Source of the DNA: Oopsacas minuta
Lineage: Eukaryota > Animalia > Porifera
Length of the DNA: 64,000 nt
Assembly: GCA_024704765.1 (NCBI GenBank)
Contig: JAKMXF010000330.1
Location: 1 to 64,000 of the forward strand
Direction: 5' to 3'
Part shown: positions 11,615 to 25,060 of the stretch, one piece after another
Layout: each line of letters starts with the position of its first letter
Position numbering within the stretch: the stretch's first letter is position 1
The notes under the pieces: generated by a model
Seen by the model: the letters and a program-made list of their open reading frames with translations, nothing else
What the model was told of the DNA's origin: nothing
Databases searched by the model: none
Program-made: the position numbers and the translations under genes

Positions 11615-13396
11615 TCACAATAGTTTTGACAATTTCTTAAACGCATTGACTTTAGACTCTCTGTAAGGATAGTTCATGAATTTGTAGAGGCTAGGATCCA
11701 TGCCTTTAGGGAGAGGAGGGGTCTTAGCGTCCCCTACCCAAATATGTGAGACTCTATTCTGTTTCTCAGGTGTGCGGAATGATGTGTTATGTCTGGAGCT
11801 GTCAAGTAAACCAATATTATTATCATTCTCTTTGACATGTTGTGGAGAGTGTATTGGTTGTTTTTGGGGGAGACGAGAGTTCAATGGAGGACAGGTTTGA
11901 GAGATAGACTCACACCACTCCATGGAAGAACACCCAGGACTACTAGAAGGCATTAGTAGAGTTATTTCTGGTTTAGTACCATGTGTGGGTGTGTCTATAG
12001 GAATAGTATAGGAACGTTTTCCTTCCTCAGCAGCTATACAAGTATTGGAGTTAGAAGGTAGGAAAGGGAGACGGGGCTTGAGTATACGTGGTGCAGACAG
12101 GCCGTCAGGCTCCGTTATAAAGCTGTGGTGAGTTACTGAGTCCTGATAACTAGGAGAGGTAGGTTTATAGGACTGATAGCTACCATCAGGTCGGAATGAT
12201 ATTTGGAAGAGTCCCTTGGAAGAGTCCCGTACCTTAGAGGGAGTGTATGGTGACAGCTGTTGCGATAGTGTGCGAGATATCAATGGACTGTTATAGTTCT
12301 CTGAACTAATATCTTCTACTATCTGAGAAACTGTCTGAGAAAGGAGAGAAGCGATAGAAGAGAAATTCTTGACAACCTGTTGTATTGGAAGGAATTCTGA
12401 AATAACTCTATCCAATTTACAGAACTTTTCTGGATTAGAAATAAACTCCTGATGAGAAGAGGACTGTCTGTGTTCCTGTAAACATGAGTACCTGATGAGA
12501 CAGGCCTCGCAATACCCCCGTCGCTCTGTCTGCTGTTTCTTAGTACTAGCTTTCTGCTCATGGTTAATTGCAGGAGGTATACGAGTAGATTCTTCGTGTT
12601 TTCTTATCCGAATAGGAGACTTATCAATGAGAACCTGAGTAGGCTGTGTGTTGAGGAGAGGATTCATTTGTAGTTTGTTAAGACGTTGTAAGGTCACCAG
12701 AGGTTGTACACGACGCTTAGAAGTGCTGAGTTGTCCTGAAGAGTGAGTAAGGGTGGGATTAGAGGGAGCGATCAGTTTACCGTGTTCAAATCCAGGATCT
12801 AAACTAAGTTTTTCAAGAAATTCCATGACAGGCCATGAATCAAACTGTACGAATAGTGGTTTGAATCTGTTAGAAGTATCATCCACCTTCAGGAATGGAG
12901 CTTTCAGTCTCTTTGTACCATGAAGTAGATCCGGCCTATCCGCTCGTCTATTCTCCTGTCTCTTGGCCCTCTTAACAGCTCTGAGTGCTGCTTCCAGTGA
13001 CCAGACACGGACACCTAACCTCCTTGAGTTCTCCACTACATCTGTAGAGCCATTACACTGCATCTTAGCTGCTTGTAGTGCTAGAGCTTTACCTCTCGTG
13101 ACGATAGCAGTAGAAGGTTTATCCGTGCTGCGAGGTGAGTCAGCCCACATTCGAGATGAACTGGTACAGGCGGACAGAGGACTGAGAGGAGTGGATGAAT
13201 CTCTCCTGTCATTACCTGGCTGATTAGTTATCAATACATGTACGTCTTTAGAAAGAAAGTTCTCTACTTTACCACCAAATTTGATAATCTCTCTTCTCAG
13301 GCTATTCTCTTTTGGGTATCCTGGACAATGGATGTAGAATACGTTACGCAGACGAAATCTTGAGTCACTAAAATCCAATCTTTTCCGTCCCTTCAT
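11615..13396 (-). CDS. DBF4: DBF4/ASK, CDC7 kinase activator, intronless, 593 aa
   Basis: Motif N (FGGKVENFLSKDVHVLITN), motif M (LKAPFLKVDDTSNRFKPLFVQF), motif C zinc finger (GYCEACLIRYSCLQEHRQSSSH). Confidence 0.92.
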   Translation of the reverse strand: MKGRKRLDFSDSRFRLRNVFYIHCPGYPKENSLRREIIKFGGKVENFLSKDVHVLITNQPGNDRRDSSTPLSPLSACTSSSRMWADSPRSTDKPSTAIVTRGKALALQAAKMQCNGSTDVVENSRRLGVRVWSLEAALRAVKRAKRQENRRADRPDLLHGTKRLKAPFLKVDDTSNRFKPLFVQFDSWPVMEFLEKLSLDPGFEHGKLIAPSNPTLTHSSGQLSTSKRRVQPLVTLQRLNKLQMNPLLNTQPTQVLIDKSPIRIRKHEESTRIPPAINHEQKASTKKQQTERRGYCEACLIRYSCLQEHRQSSSHQEFISNPEKFCKLDRVISEFLPIQQVVKNFSSIASLLSQTVSQIVEDISSENYNSPLISRTLSQQLSPYTPSKVRDSSKGLFQISFRPDGSYQSYKPTSPSYQDSVTHHSFITEPDGLSAPRILKPRLPFLPSNSNTCIAAEEGKRSYTIPIDTPTHGTKPEITLLMPSSSPGCSSMEWCESISQTCPPLNSRLPQKQPIHSPQHVKENDNNIGLLDSSRHNTSFRTPEKQNRVSHIWVGDAKTPPLPKGMDPSLYKFMNYPYRESKVNAFKKLSKLL

Positions 13397-14201
13397 AAAA
13401 TCATAGACTCAAACTTTTCGTTGATGAAATGTAATTATTTCTACAATTTCTACATTACCGGTATTTATTCTTAGTTGAAGTTATCACTAATTTAATAATT
13501 CGATTGTCGTCTCTTTCACTGATTGTTCATAGGCTGTTAGGCAAGATATGAAATTTCATTCTCCTCTAATGGGAACTGCTCACGAAATTGTGCAAATTTA
13601 AATACGTATTACAATTCTCGGGTCCCGAAATTACTGAATTGCTAAAAATCATTTTGAAATCTCAGAATCAGACTACGTACGCACCCATTAACCCGGACAA
13701 GATGTTGAAACATAATCTTTAGCATCATTTCCTATGTGAAAATATGAATAATCACCATAAAGGTGTGAATGATAACAGGCCCAATTATCCTGAACCCAAA
13801 TCACGCCAGGGCGTAGAATTTATGTAACAAGTGTAACTGTAATCGATTGTGCACAGCACAGGCGTACTGTCGATATCTGAGCACTATAAGAGTAATCCGT
13901 AAATAGTTAAACTTAGGTATACCTTGAGTGTATCCTCGTGATAAAAATCGTAACATACTCGATAAAGAACCTACGTAATCGAATTATATGTTAAAGTAGT
14001 TCTTAGCTCCAGGTACCAGTATTTTGGTAATGTTACGAATATCAAGTTTTAAAACAGAACAAGAAGCTAGAGATAATATCAGAAATTCTGAATATGTTTT
14101 TAATAAAGTATTATAAGATTTCTTATAAATAGCAGAGTGAATGAAGCGAAAAGATTGTGTAAACTGAGTAATTAATCGATAATTATGATCAGTGAATGTA
14201 T

Positions 14202-14570
14202 TCACATTCGCTTATCTTTGTCCATTCCTGTGTTGAGTGAGTTGTTACGATACATGCCACATTTTCCAAGATGTTCAGTAAAACTTCTGTTCTTCCCTTT
14301 ATACATAATAGGCATTTCATGTACAGAGGGGGGTATAGATCCGTATGAAGAGCTTGATGTCTTGAAGACAGGGTTCTGTTGTTTCTGAGCACCGTATCCC
14401 TGAAACCAGTGGGGGCAGTCAAACCTTTCTGGGAGATTATCCGTGTGATACACCTCTGAGGTTCTCTGTAAAGCTTCAGAATTAGAGTCAGTCTCTAACT
14501 CAGATGAAGAAGGTTCAGGCTCAACCTCAGTAACTACAGCTTTGGTAGATTCAGTTGCCTGGGCAGCCAT
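14202..14570 (-). CDS. PIERCE1: PIERCE1/C9orf116-like ciliary microtubule inner protein, 122 aa
   Basis: NLPERFDCPHWFQGY, FKTSSSSYGSIPPSVHEMP and GMYRNNSLNT match the PIERCE family pattern. Confidence 0.8.
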   Translation of the reverse strand: MAAQATESTKAVVTEVEPEPSSSELETDSNSEALQRTSEVYHTDNLPERFDCPHWFQGYGAQKQQNPVFKTSSSSYGSIPPSVHEMPIMYKGKNRSFTEHLGKCGMYRNNSLNTGMDKDKRM

Positions 14571-15431
14571 TGGCTTAGCTAATAATTAAATTAATTATAA
14601 GTTTAAGATAGAAAGATTCTAGAATAATTGAGAGTTGTACCATAATATCTATAGTTCATGAAGTTGACTTTCGGAAAATTTGATAATTATTTACACAAAA
14701 TATTAGAATATGATGGTAAAGATGTAAAACATGACACCACATGAAAATCTCAAATAAAAACTTCCCTCAACGGCTATATAGGTGTAGTCAAGTTTGCTGA
14801 ATCAGAAATCCGCATTGTCAAGCTTCTCACATCTAAATTAATAATCATTTTATGCAAGTTCATCGCGAAGCGGCGATACATAGGCTAGTTATATAAAATG
14901 ATACATCGCAACTTTTCTTGAGTACAGTGGGAATTTATCCATTGTGACATAGATGAAGTAAGAATACAGTATTTGTTGATATTGACTATACTCAGTAAGA
15001 ATTGCTGATGCCAGCAGATGTAGTCTTGTTCAATTTCTTGAAATTTAGAGGTGTCAACACGGTTGTTCCAGCTCACTTTTCAGGATTTGGAACCACATTA
15101 TACTCTATACTCTGGATTTGACGAGACACTTTCCAGAAAGGAAAAATACTAGAATAGAGATGTCTTTCAACATACAAATTAGTTCTAATTATATTTCTAG
15201 ATAATTCCCTTCAATTAAGGGAATAATTGCGGTTACTTTCGTTAAACATAATGCCACGTAAACTACGAAAGTCATTAATATTGTAGAAATGGACAGTTCT
15301 GCTGACATATTTGAATCAATCAATTCATATACTATGTATTTTTCGTTATAACAATTCAACAAACTAAATAAACAATAAATGACACATTACAACGCCCTAG
15401 TTATACATGTAAACCCTATCCATAGCATCCT

Positions 15432-16505
15432 ATGCCATTCCAATGCCAAATAAACGATATTTGATCGCTTCAACCAGAGATGGATAGCGCTCCTCATCAC
15501 ATTCCACGACCTTTGTGACGAAAAGGCAGCGAGAGGATTAGACCGTGTTAGAAAGTTTGAACTGTTCGGAATGAAAGCCGATACGGAGTGTCGTCACCAA
15601 ATGAACGAGCTCCGTGAGCTACAGGAGAGAATACTAGTTGACATCGAACTTAATCTGGCAAAGTTTATGACATCCCAGTCTGAGACCAGCGTTGTATTCA
15701 GGAGGCAATATACGCACTTAGGGGATCTGACTACAGGACTTGAGTTATGACATAATAGCCCCCTATATGCTTATTAGTTATTTAACCAAGGATGGTGGAT
15801 AATTTTGTTCACTTACTTCGATGTTAGGTATTTTGAGGATTGAGACAATCCTCGCTTGATTGGATGGTGTAATTTGTATATAATATAAAAATAAAATATA
15901 TCCACCATTCATGGTTAATACTAATAATCATACAGGAGGATTATTTTGCCAAAACCGGTAGTAACGGTTCGGGAAACATAGAAGCTCCTAGAGAATTACA
16001 TTATCCTAATGCTGTCGCTATTTACTCTAACATCAACAATATCTTTGTTGTAGAGGGAGGATTTGTATCATTATCACCCAAATATCTTCATCTTTTCTGA
16101 GAGAGGAGTCTACCCAGACAGCTTCACTCACAGGACATGATATTACCACATGGTATAGCTATACATAGGAACAATGTGTACGTCACACATACAGGAGTAT
16201 ATGTACATGTACATGTAGTGTTCTGTTTCAAATTAAGACATAATTCTGTAGAATTACTAAGCTAGAGACTAAGAGTCTTAGATTGGAGTGTAATCATCCT
16301 GCATACATGTGTTCTCTCACATGAACGCAGGATACCGGATGATTACTCTCAGGAGAGAGACTCCGCTCCCTTATATCAAGATGTTCCGAGATGGGAGTTG
16401 TTGACTCTCTGTACTTTGCTTGGTCCTGAAGAGAATATAATTATCTGTGATATGAATAGTCAGGGTATCAAAATATTCTCAAAAGAAGGCAGATTTATCC
16501 CATAA
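15432..16505 (+). pseudogene. Decayed coiled-coil + NHL-repeat (TRIM-NHL-like) gene
   Basis: Open helical stretch to 15750 (…QMNELRELQERILVDIELNL…), then NHL blades ELHYPNAVAIYSNINNIFVVEG, PHGIAIHRNNVYVT, ENIIICDMNSQGIKIFSKEG broken by stops and frameshifts. Confidence 0.7.
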
Positions 16506-17760
16506 CTGTCCAGATTTTCTGGACATGTGTTGAGGCTAGTGTCCTGCTGAAACTTTCCAAAAACCTTTAATGTCCAGATTTTTTGTAGCCCAGTCTAATC
16601 AGTCTAATGCATCCTTCTAATTAGTACCTTACATCTAGCTTTTGTTTCACTCTTGTTGGCATGTTTAAGTATGTTATATTGACTCTAGGAGTACATGGAG
16701 ATCCCAACTGTATGATTGCCCTGTAGCATTATGCATTAGCTCTCATTAAAGATCAAAGTGTCGTGTTGTCTAAAATACTAGATAAAACTTCAAATAACTT
16801 ATGTGATAGGAAATTCCTATAAATCATGGATGGAATGATTTTTATCGAATTAATTGACAAACAAGCTTACTTGCTGTTATTTGTGTAATTTATTATACGA
16901 TTAGAAGTGAGGATTGAAATTCTGCCTTGGATAATTGTCTAACTTGGCCGGCCTGATGGCGCAATTCAGAGACCCCCCCTGACCAAATGGAAGTTTGACC
17001 TATTTGCTCTATTTAACCCCTCCTCAAATGCTGCGCGTGTGCTCAGTAATTTTACATTCCTCATATCGGTATGCTCACTCAACCCAATGAGTACTCACCT
17101 CAATCAGGGGTGTCGTGTAGGGGGAGCGCCGCTCCCACTACAAACTAAAGGTGGAGAGGCGCTCCCTCACTTTAACTTGATTATTGTTATTGTATTATGA
17201 TAAAGGTAGAAACTTTCCGCAGTTGCCCTTCTTTCGTACTCTAGTCAACTCCGCTTAATGGGGTAACATCTGCACCGAAGTAGGACAACATTATTTGAAG
17301 TATTTTTAGTTTATTTTACTCGTAATATGGATTACAACCAGGGACGTCGCCAGGATTTTTCACCCAGGGGGGGTAAAGAAATTAACAAGGGGCAAGACGA
17401 TGGGCAAGGTGTTTCACGGGTTTAGCAGGAGCATGCCCAGTGGCGAATCAATATATTTTTAGTTGGTTAGTACCATCCAGCTGGGCAGTTGCGTCGTGTG
17501 GCTTTGATGTATGGGGGGCAAAATTCAATCTGGTTGTCAACAAGTTCTAGATGTTTCCTACCAGATTGAATTTGTGCACCATAGATTTCAAAGCCTATGG
17601 GCGCTGTAAACAATTAGTAAGGTCCAAGAGCCAAACAATTGAAAGAAATAACATTTGGTCCGCAATTGCACCAGAAAGTTGTTTTTTTTCTGGTCGAGTA
17701 ATCATGTATAGCTCGGAGAATATTAGGTTGGCCTCCAGTCACATATGCACGACGCTACTG

Positions 17761-17880
17761 CAGGGTTACCGTGAGAATGGGAATTCTCATGGGAAAAACG
17801 TGGGAAATCCTATAGGAATTCCAATATAGATCCTGTGGGAATGGGATGGGAATTGAAATTCCGTTCCCACAGCAGCCGTG
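17761..17880. mobile_element. Small MITE with GGGAAT repeats
   Basis: cagggttaccgtgagaatgggaatt / attccgttcccacagcagccgtg imperfect TIR; no TSD found. Confidence 0.5.
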
Positions 17881-18127
17881 ACGCCAGAGCATGCTCTCAG
17901 TCTTCTAGCCAATAAATCCTTCTCCAACATCAAAATTTGTAAATAAAGACATCGTATCTTGAACAAATCTAATTTTATACAAAGTTGACAACTATGCTAA
18001 CTTGTACAATCAAATCCTTCCTCAACATCAACAAAACTATAAATAAAGAGCCTGATCCTCACCAAAAGGTAAGTAGTTATTTATATTACTATCCAGCATG
18101 TAGATTTACATATTCGGCATGTATATT

Positions 18128-18961
18128 CAGTGGCGTACCAAACACTTTTGGTACCCCGGGAGGAATCCGAAGTTGGAACCACCCTTTTTCCGTGCGCATT
18201 TCAGGCCAACTTGAAACTATTAGTCAAAACAAAGCAATAATAATCTATTTATTCTATGTAAAGATATGTTAGATAATCCAAAGACGAAGTAATAGAGTAT
18301 TCAGTAGAAGTCTTAGCTAGTTCAGAGAACTTTTGAAACGCAGTCCTTCAAGGAAATTACAAAAATTTTTTTGCTTATATTCCATATCAAAAATGTGGCC
18401 TGAAATCGAGAATTCAGGGTGTGATTAAGAAATTTCAGACAAAGAAAACTGTAAAAACCTAAATAGTAGACCCGAAGCCCGTGCAAGTCATTCCGGGAGA
18501 AATAATTCTGAAGAATGTAATGGAAATTTTGGTCTAAAATCCAAAAATGGAAACATTTTTATGGTATTCATCTAGAACAAGCGCTAATCCTCGTAGATTT
18601 CAAACTACTATAATAATAGCTTGTATTCATCTTGTACACCATTTTAGTCTATAACTATGAGGTTTTTTAATCTCTCATAGATATTATGCACATTCGAAGC
18701 TAATTGTTCGGGCCCGTTGTTTTTGGCCCACCCTGTATGTGAGATGTTATTTTCAACATAAGTTTTGAATGTTAGATAATGTAGGTATGATGAATATATT
18801 TTGTTAGAGAAACCTATTATAGTTTAGCGGGTATGTATAGGAGCGCAGTAACTACATCTGGGATCTCAAAAATATATAATATAATGTATCTCTCTCAGTC
18901 AAAGTTGGCATCCCCCTCTGAGTAGCACTGGGGCGGGCCGCCCCCCCTTGATACGCCACTG
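18128..18961. mobile_element. hAT-type MITE with 8-bp TSD
   Basis: TIR cagtggcgta / tacgccactg; TSD tgtatatt at 18120-18127 and 18962-18969. Confidence 0.9.
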
Positions 18962-21375
18962 TGTATATTCACCCAGTTATCTGGTCACTAGATCATGTAT
19001 TCTCACTCTTGTTCATAATTACAAATCCGCATGTATATTTATAATTCTGAACTCTAGCCAAAATAGTTACACATGATCTAGTGAATCGGTAACTGAGTAA
19101 ATTTAGTACAGTGACCCATTTGCCTAGGTAACCCTGTCAATCCGGCTGCAATAAACATCTTGACGAGCAATTTATAGAAGAAAAAGAGGTGTGAACAAAT
19201 ATGGCAAGGGGAACCATCCATGGCTGCCATGACATAACCCCTTTACCAATTCTTACACATTATGTGGACCCTCTCCCATAGACTGCAATAAGAGCATGAG
19301 TTTTAATGTAATCTTATTGTTAAGTGAAGTTTAATAAAGCCAGATTAAGCTAGCTTTGGAAATTGTATATCTAAATTCTAATAGTTTGTATTCAGGTTAA
19401 ATTCATATGTTTATATAAATATTTCCTTCTCCTCAATCTTGTTAACTTAAATAATGTCTATAATACGGAAAACTATTGTCTATAATCCTTTATAGCAAAT
19501 CGAACAGTTCGATTACGGTAATAAAATATTTACAAAACTTCTGCTAATTGTACACTATTCTGTATTATGTTTATATCGTAACAACTCGACAAACTAAAAT
19601 AGTATATACATGATAATTCCAGTTCAATTAATGAAATCAGTGTTCCTGGATGTTCCTGGAGATTTATGCGAATATGATTATCTAACCATACAGAATTAAC
19701 TATCGCTAGGCACGAACATAATTACGCACATTGATTGTAACTACCCTTAACATAATTATTAGAATATTGATAAGATATCTTCAAAAACTATTGGAAAGAT
19801 TCAGTTTGCAGGAACTACAAATATTTATTGTGCAATGTTAAGTTGCGATAGATTGCCAAGCTAAGATTAACCAAAATGTTAGTCAATTAATTCTAATGGA
19901 AATGCAATTAAAATAATTGTACAAAGGACTTTTAAGATGACTTTGCTGTTTTTCATTATACTTCTGATGGAATTATCATATTCTTTTCGCAGCCATTTTT
20001 GTATCAATTTTTTTGAAATTCCACTGATTTTGGAAAACTAATGGTTCTAATTGTTGCATAGTCAAATGAGGCCTAAATTTCATCAAAAAATATTCTAAGG
20101 GAGTGATAAATTTTAATTCACAAGTATTGGAGCCTTCTTCTGACACCGGCGCTTATTCAGGGAAATATGGTAACTACTGCCCAAAGGAGCCCGTAAATTT
20201 GAATACTAATAGATACCTTGAGCGCATTAGATTATTACATCATTAATATTGTATGAAAAGTTTAAAATTTCACATATATATTTTGTGATAACTTTATATT
20301 AATTGAGGAACGTAGTACCGTACCGAGAGTAATATCGTAAAACAGGAGGCTATGACGATTGTCTTAGATGGGCCATGGAAAAAGTATTCATAAAATTTAC
20401 ACTGTTTCTTGAATTCGCAACACGTATTCAGTATATTCCGTCACACAGCGACCTAGCAAGCGAAGCGCGATAGTTGTTAATACGAAACAAGTGTTTCTGT
20501 CAATCTGTGGGATAGTCAAACACTAATGAATACAATCTCTGGGGTAAGATAAAAGATCTTGGATCAAAATACAGGTGTTTGCTACGGCCTGCAAATAGAT
20601 AGATATTGCAATCACAGAATTGCTATAATCTATTTGTGAAATTAGCAATCATCAAATCACCAATTGATACCCAGGTTAATTGACATATTAAGATAATCAC
20701 AAGTTTGCTAATATTGATAAATTGTGGTGTTTCTAAACACAATAAGTGTTTGTCCATGAAAAAGTTGCTATAGGTAGTTTTTGCCTTTAGACGAATTGCT
20801 AGTAGGTGAAAACACTGTATAGTATATATGACTACGTCTAGTGACTCTAGTCTAACCAAAATCTTTTAACAGGTAAGTATTTCGTTAGTGTGCGATGCTT
20901 ATGTTATCGATATAGGAACACACATGTATTACTGATTATCTAAAAGTGCTCTTATAATTGAGAAGTCATCATCTCTATATTTAGACAGGACAAATAAACC
21001 TATCGGACAGATTTTGAGATAGAAAATATATTACGAAAAGTGTACGATCGGACACTATTTTTTGCAGTTGAATAAAATACCAAAGTGCGAAGGCTAAGAT
21101 ATGTTTCAGTGTAAACGTGATTCCGTGCAAACGTGTTTACCAGTTGATTTATGTGATCGCGTTTGCGCTGGTGCAATCGAGTTATTCGACTATAGTTAAA
21201 CATTTGGTTTGGTAATATAGTTACATATAATTTGCTTTGGTTAGCTTAATAATTTGATATATTGTAGTTATACGTGAGATTAATTAAATTTATCTCCAAA
21301 ATTTCGAACTTGTTTAATTGTAAAATTTTTATTATTGATCGTTTGAGGAATATATTATTCATGCCATGACAGGTT

Positions 21376-24300
21376 CAGTGGCGGATCCAGGGGGGGGATA
21401 TGGGGGATATATCCCCCCCCACCAGACTTTTGGCCTCCTAGTCTTTCGAATTCATTCTGATTATTATTTTTATTTTTCTTACAATATTTCAATCATGTCC
21501 TTGATTTATAGCGTTTTTACAATATTTGTTGCTACTCAACTTCGCTCGGTTGTGAAATTAGTATAATGTACATATATATATATATAGCGCTAGGTTAGGT
21601 AATTGCCTTCACCTTTACCTTTGCTTGTATAACTCTGGACAGGTTTGACCACTTTTCAATTTTCCCTGACCATTTTTAATTTGCTTGCGTGTGGCCTGAT
21701 AGCTATTTGTACTTTGACTTTTTCTCATTTTTGTAAATCTAGATATACCAAATTTGATTATGAATCCCAAAAGAAAATGTTTATTGGATTATTTCAGTTC
21801 AAATGCTACTTCCAGTCAGTCATCTAACCCCGAGTTCAATCTGAATATAGATGGTAATGATACAACTATGCAAGAAACGTTGTTGGTAGACCCAGGATCA
21901 CTGTCAAATCAAGATTCTTCTTACATTGCTGAAGGTATGACAGAGAGGTCATCCTTGGATACCGATCTAGATTTATATGATATCGGACATTTGTATAAGT
22001 TCCGCGAGAATGATTGGTTTTTAGATTGTCCTGCACTCTCTGATTTACAAAAATTAAATTTGCTCGCAAAACATCGCATGCCTGATCTTAATTTTTCATT
22101 TCCTTTTGGTGAAAAGCTTATCAGTTCAGCTTCTAAGGGTGAAAGGAAGACTCAGAGGGTCTATTTATCATTTTCTCATATCACTGGAAAATTTGATTGT
22201 TTTAAATATTCGTTTTTAATTAAGGGAGTTGTTTGTGTTCATTGTGCACTGTTCACTTCGAGAGAAGTTGAAAATGATAAAGGAAAGTTAACAAAAGTTG
22301 GTTCATTTGTTCAAACTCCATTTACAAATTACAAAAAGATTCATGATAAGGTTAAAGAACATATTTTAAAAGATTACCACAAATCTGCTCAAGAACGAGC
22401 TGACATTTTCGTTTACAACATGCAAAATTCAAGAAGTATGGTAACATCAATTTGTGAAGCACGTAAGGACGAGGAAAATGAAAATAGGGAACGCCTTATT
22501 CCGATCATCAAAACGATAATCTTGTGTGGTAGATTGGGTATTGCTCTAAGAGGCTACAGGGATGATGGGCAATTAAATGATGAAGTTGATATCTCTGGAC
22601 AATCTGGGAATTTCCGTGTTTTATTAGCTTTTAGGGTTGAAAGTGGTGACAAATTATTAAAGGAATATTTAGTAAAAACCAATAAAAATGCGACGTATAT
22701 TTCAAAAACTATCCAGAACACGTTTATAGATCTGTGTGGCCAAGAAATTCTAAATACAATTGTAAGTGAAATACAGAAAATTGGATACTTTGCTATACTT
22801 GCTGATGAGACAACTGACAGTTCCCACCAAGAGCAGTTATGTTTCTGAAGATGCATTTATCAAAGAAGAATTTATATCTTACGGAGCAATGGAATTTGTG
22901 GATGCTAAGTCAATCACTGAAGAAATACTAGGTCGTGTTACATCTATTGGGTTGAATATTGACAATTATATAGCTCAACGCTATGACGGGTGTTCAACCA
23001 TGTCAGGCTATATTTCAGGAGTCGCTACGCGTATAATGAAACATGCTCCACTTGCAATATACTTGCACTGTGCAAGTCACAGATTAAACTTTGTGCTTAA
23101 TGATTCTTCAAAATTAACAGAAATAAGACACATGTTTGATATTGTTTCTGCGACGATAGATTATATCAATGATTCTTCTGGAAGAAGGAATGTTTTCGAC
23201 GCACAGTTAATTTCATATTGTTCCACTAGGTTTGTTGAGAGACATGATGCAATTATAAGATTCTGTTCCAATATTTCATCTATTGTTTTAGGCCTAGAAA
23301 GAATTATTAGCGACAATCATTTCAATTGTAAATCTCGAGCTCAAGCGCTTTCTCACTTAAATTCTATTAAAAATTCCTCCTTTTTAATATCACTAGCATG
23401 TGTTGGTAAAGTAATTTCAATTACTATTATTCTTTCCAAGATGTTGTAGACTGTGAATCTAAATTACGTTGAATGTATGCAATTAATTGAATCAACAATA
23501 GAAACGCTTGCCGTATTGAGAGAGGATTCACAACAATGGAATGGGAGTAAGCTTAGTGTATTCAGTACAGTTGAATCATACTCACAAATCTTAGGAATAA
23601 CACTGTCTAAACCAAGAAATTCGTCTAAAGGAATTCTCAGTATATCATATGATGAATCTTGTGTAACTATGAGTACTTCTTTGAATCTTACAAGTGAAAG
23701 TACCTGTGACTATTACAGACAAAAATTTGGATTCCCTACATAGATGGAGTTATTGAGTATCTAAATTTGAGATTTTCAGGTTAATCAAATATTGCGTTAC
23801 AATTGAATAGGTTATTACAAACAAATGAAATAAATATAAACTTACTCGAAACTGTGTATTCTTTCTATCAAACACTATTGAATAGTACACAAATGGAATT
23901 TTTTGAGGAATTTAGAGTCTTCCAATCATTTCAAAAAAAGTAGATACGGGAGATATCCATGAGTCCCTTTCAAGTTTGCCATTCCACTTCGAAAATGTAA
24001 AGAAATTATTTCAAATAGCATTGACATTACCTGTTACTACATGTACTCCAGAAAGATGTTTTAGTGCTATGAAAATTTTGAAAAACAGGCTCAGATCATC
24101 AATGTTGGACGAACAACTAAACGGGATTAGCTTTGATGTATATTCATAAGGATATAGAAATTGATATATCTAACGTAATCAATCGATTTGCACTTGGAAA
24201 AAAGCGCAAAATAGATTTTGTAATATAGTATCGTAATTTAGATTTTATATTTTTATATTTTATACTGAATGAATAATTTAACAGATATTCTATATACGTG

Positions 24301-24502
24301 CATACGCTATTAGATGATATAGATTAAATGTAGTAATCTAAACTGGATACAAGTGGAATATAGGAAAGACTTCAATCAGTGAGAATAGAATAAAATACAC
24401 ATGAAATTGCAGTTAGTTGGGTAGCCAGGGGCTTACAGCGCCCCCAGACCCCCAGCTGGGTTGATATCTCCCCCCCACCAGAGATTCCTGGATCCGCCAC
24501 TG
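21376..24502 (+). mobile_element. Full-length hAT DNA transposon (defective)
   Basis: 16-bp perfect TIR cagtggcggatccagg / cctggatccgccactg; 8-bp TSD gacaggtt at 21368-21375 and 24503-24510; transposase inside. Confidence 0.95.
21754..24228 (+). pseudogene. hAT transposase (ZMYM/THAP12-PRKRIR-like, DUF4371 + hATC), frameshifted with stops
   Basis: FAILADETTD, YDGCSTMSG, YLHCASHRLN and C-terminal LPVTTCTPERCFSAMKILKNRLRSSM spread over different frames. Confidence 0.9.
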
Positions 24503-25060
24503 GACAGGTTGATTATTGCTGTCTTGCATGCTTATCTCAGGCCAATGACACCTGAGAGATTAGCGTACTTAGTTATCTTCAGATGTACATAATGACAACA
24601 TTTCTACTTTAGAATACATGGAGTAACTTGGGAAATATGTATTTTATATAATATTGAATATTTTCGAAAGGTGAATTCGTAGATCTGTCGATATTCTATT
24701 CTTAGTTGTATGGTTGAATTTGTTCTATGCTGATTTGTGTCTGAAATTCTAAACGCGAATCATTTCAGACTCTGAATTTATTCGCGTTACAAATTACATT
24801 AGCCAGTGAGTATAGTTTATTGGCTTGAAGCATTTAATGAATAAAGTACTGTTTGACCAAATACTGCTGGAGGGCTACACATCCTAGAGCCCTAATTGTG
24901 ATGTATTGGTTAGACTAACCATTAATAATTAATTAATATACACAAACAAAATATGTTATAATACGCAATGACTTTAGTTTCCAATCTAGACAGCTTAGTA
25001 GCCACCAATTAAAATCTATATAAATACACACAAAAAGGCAAAATTATTAAATTTGACTAA

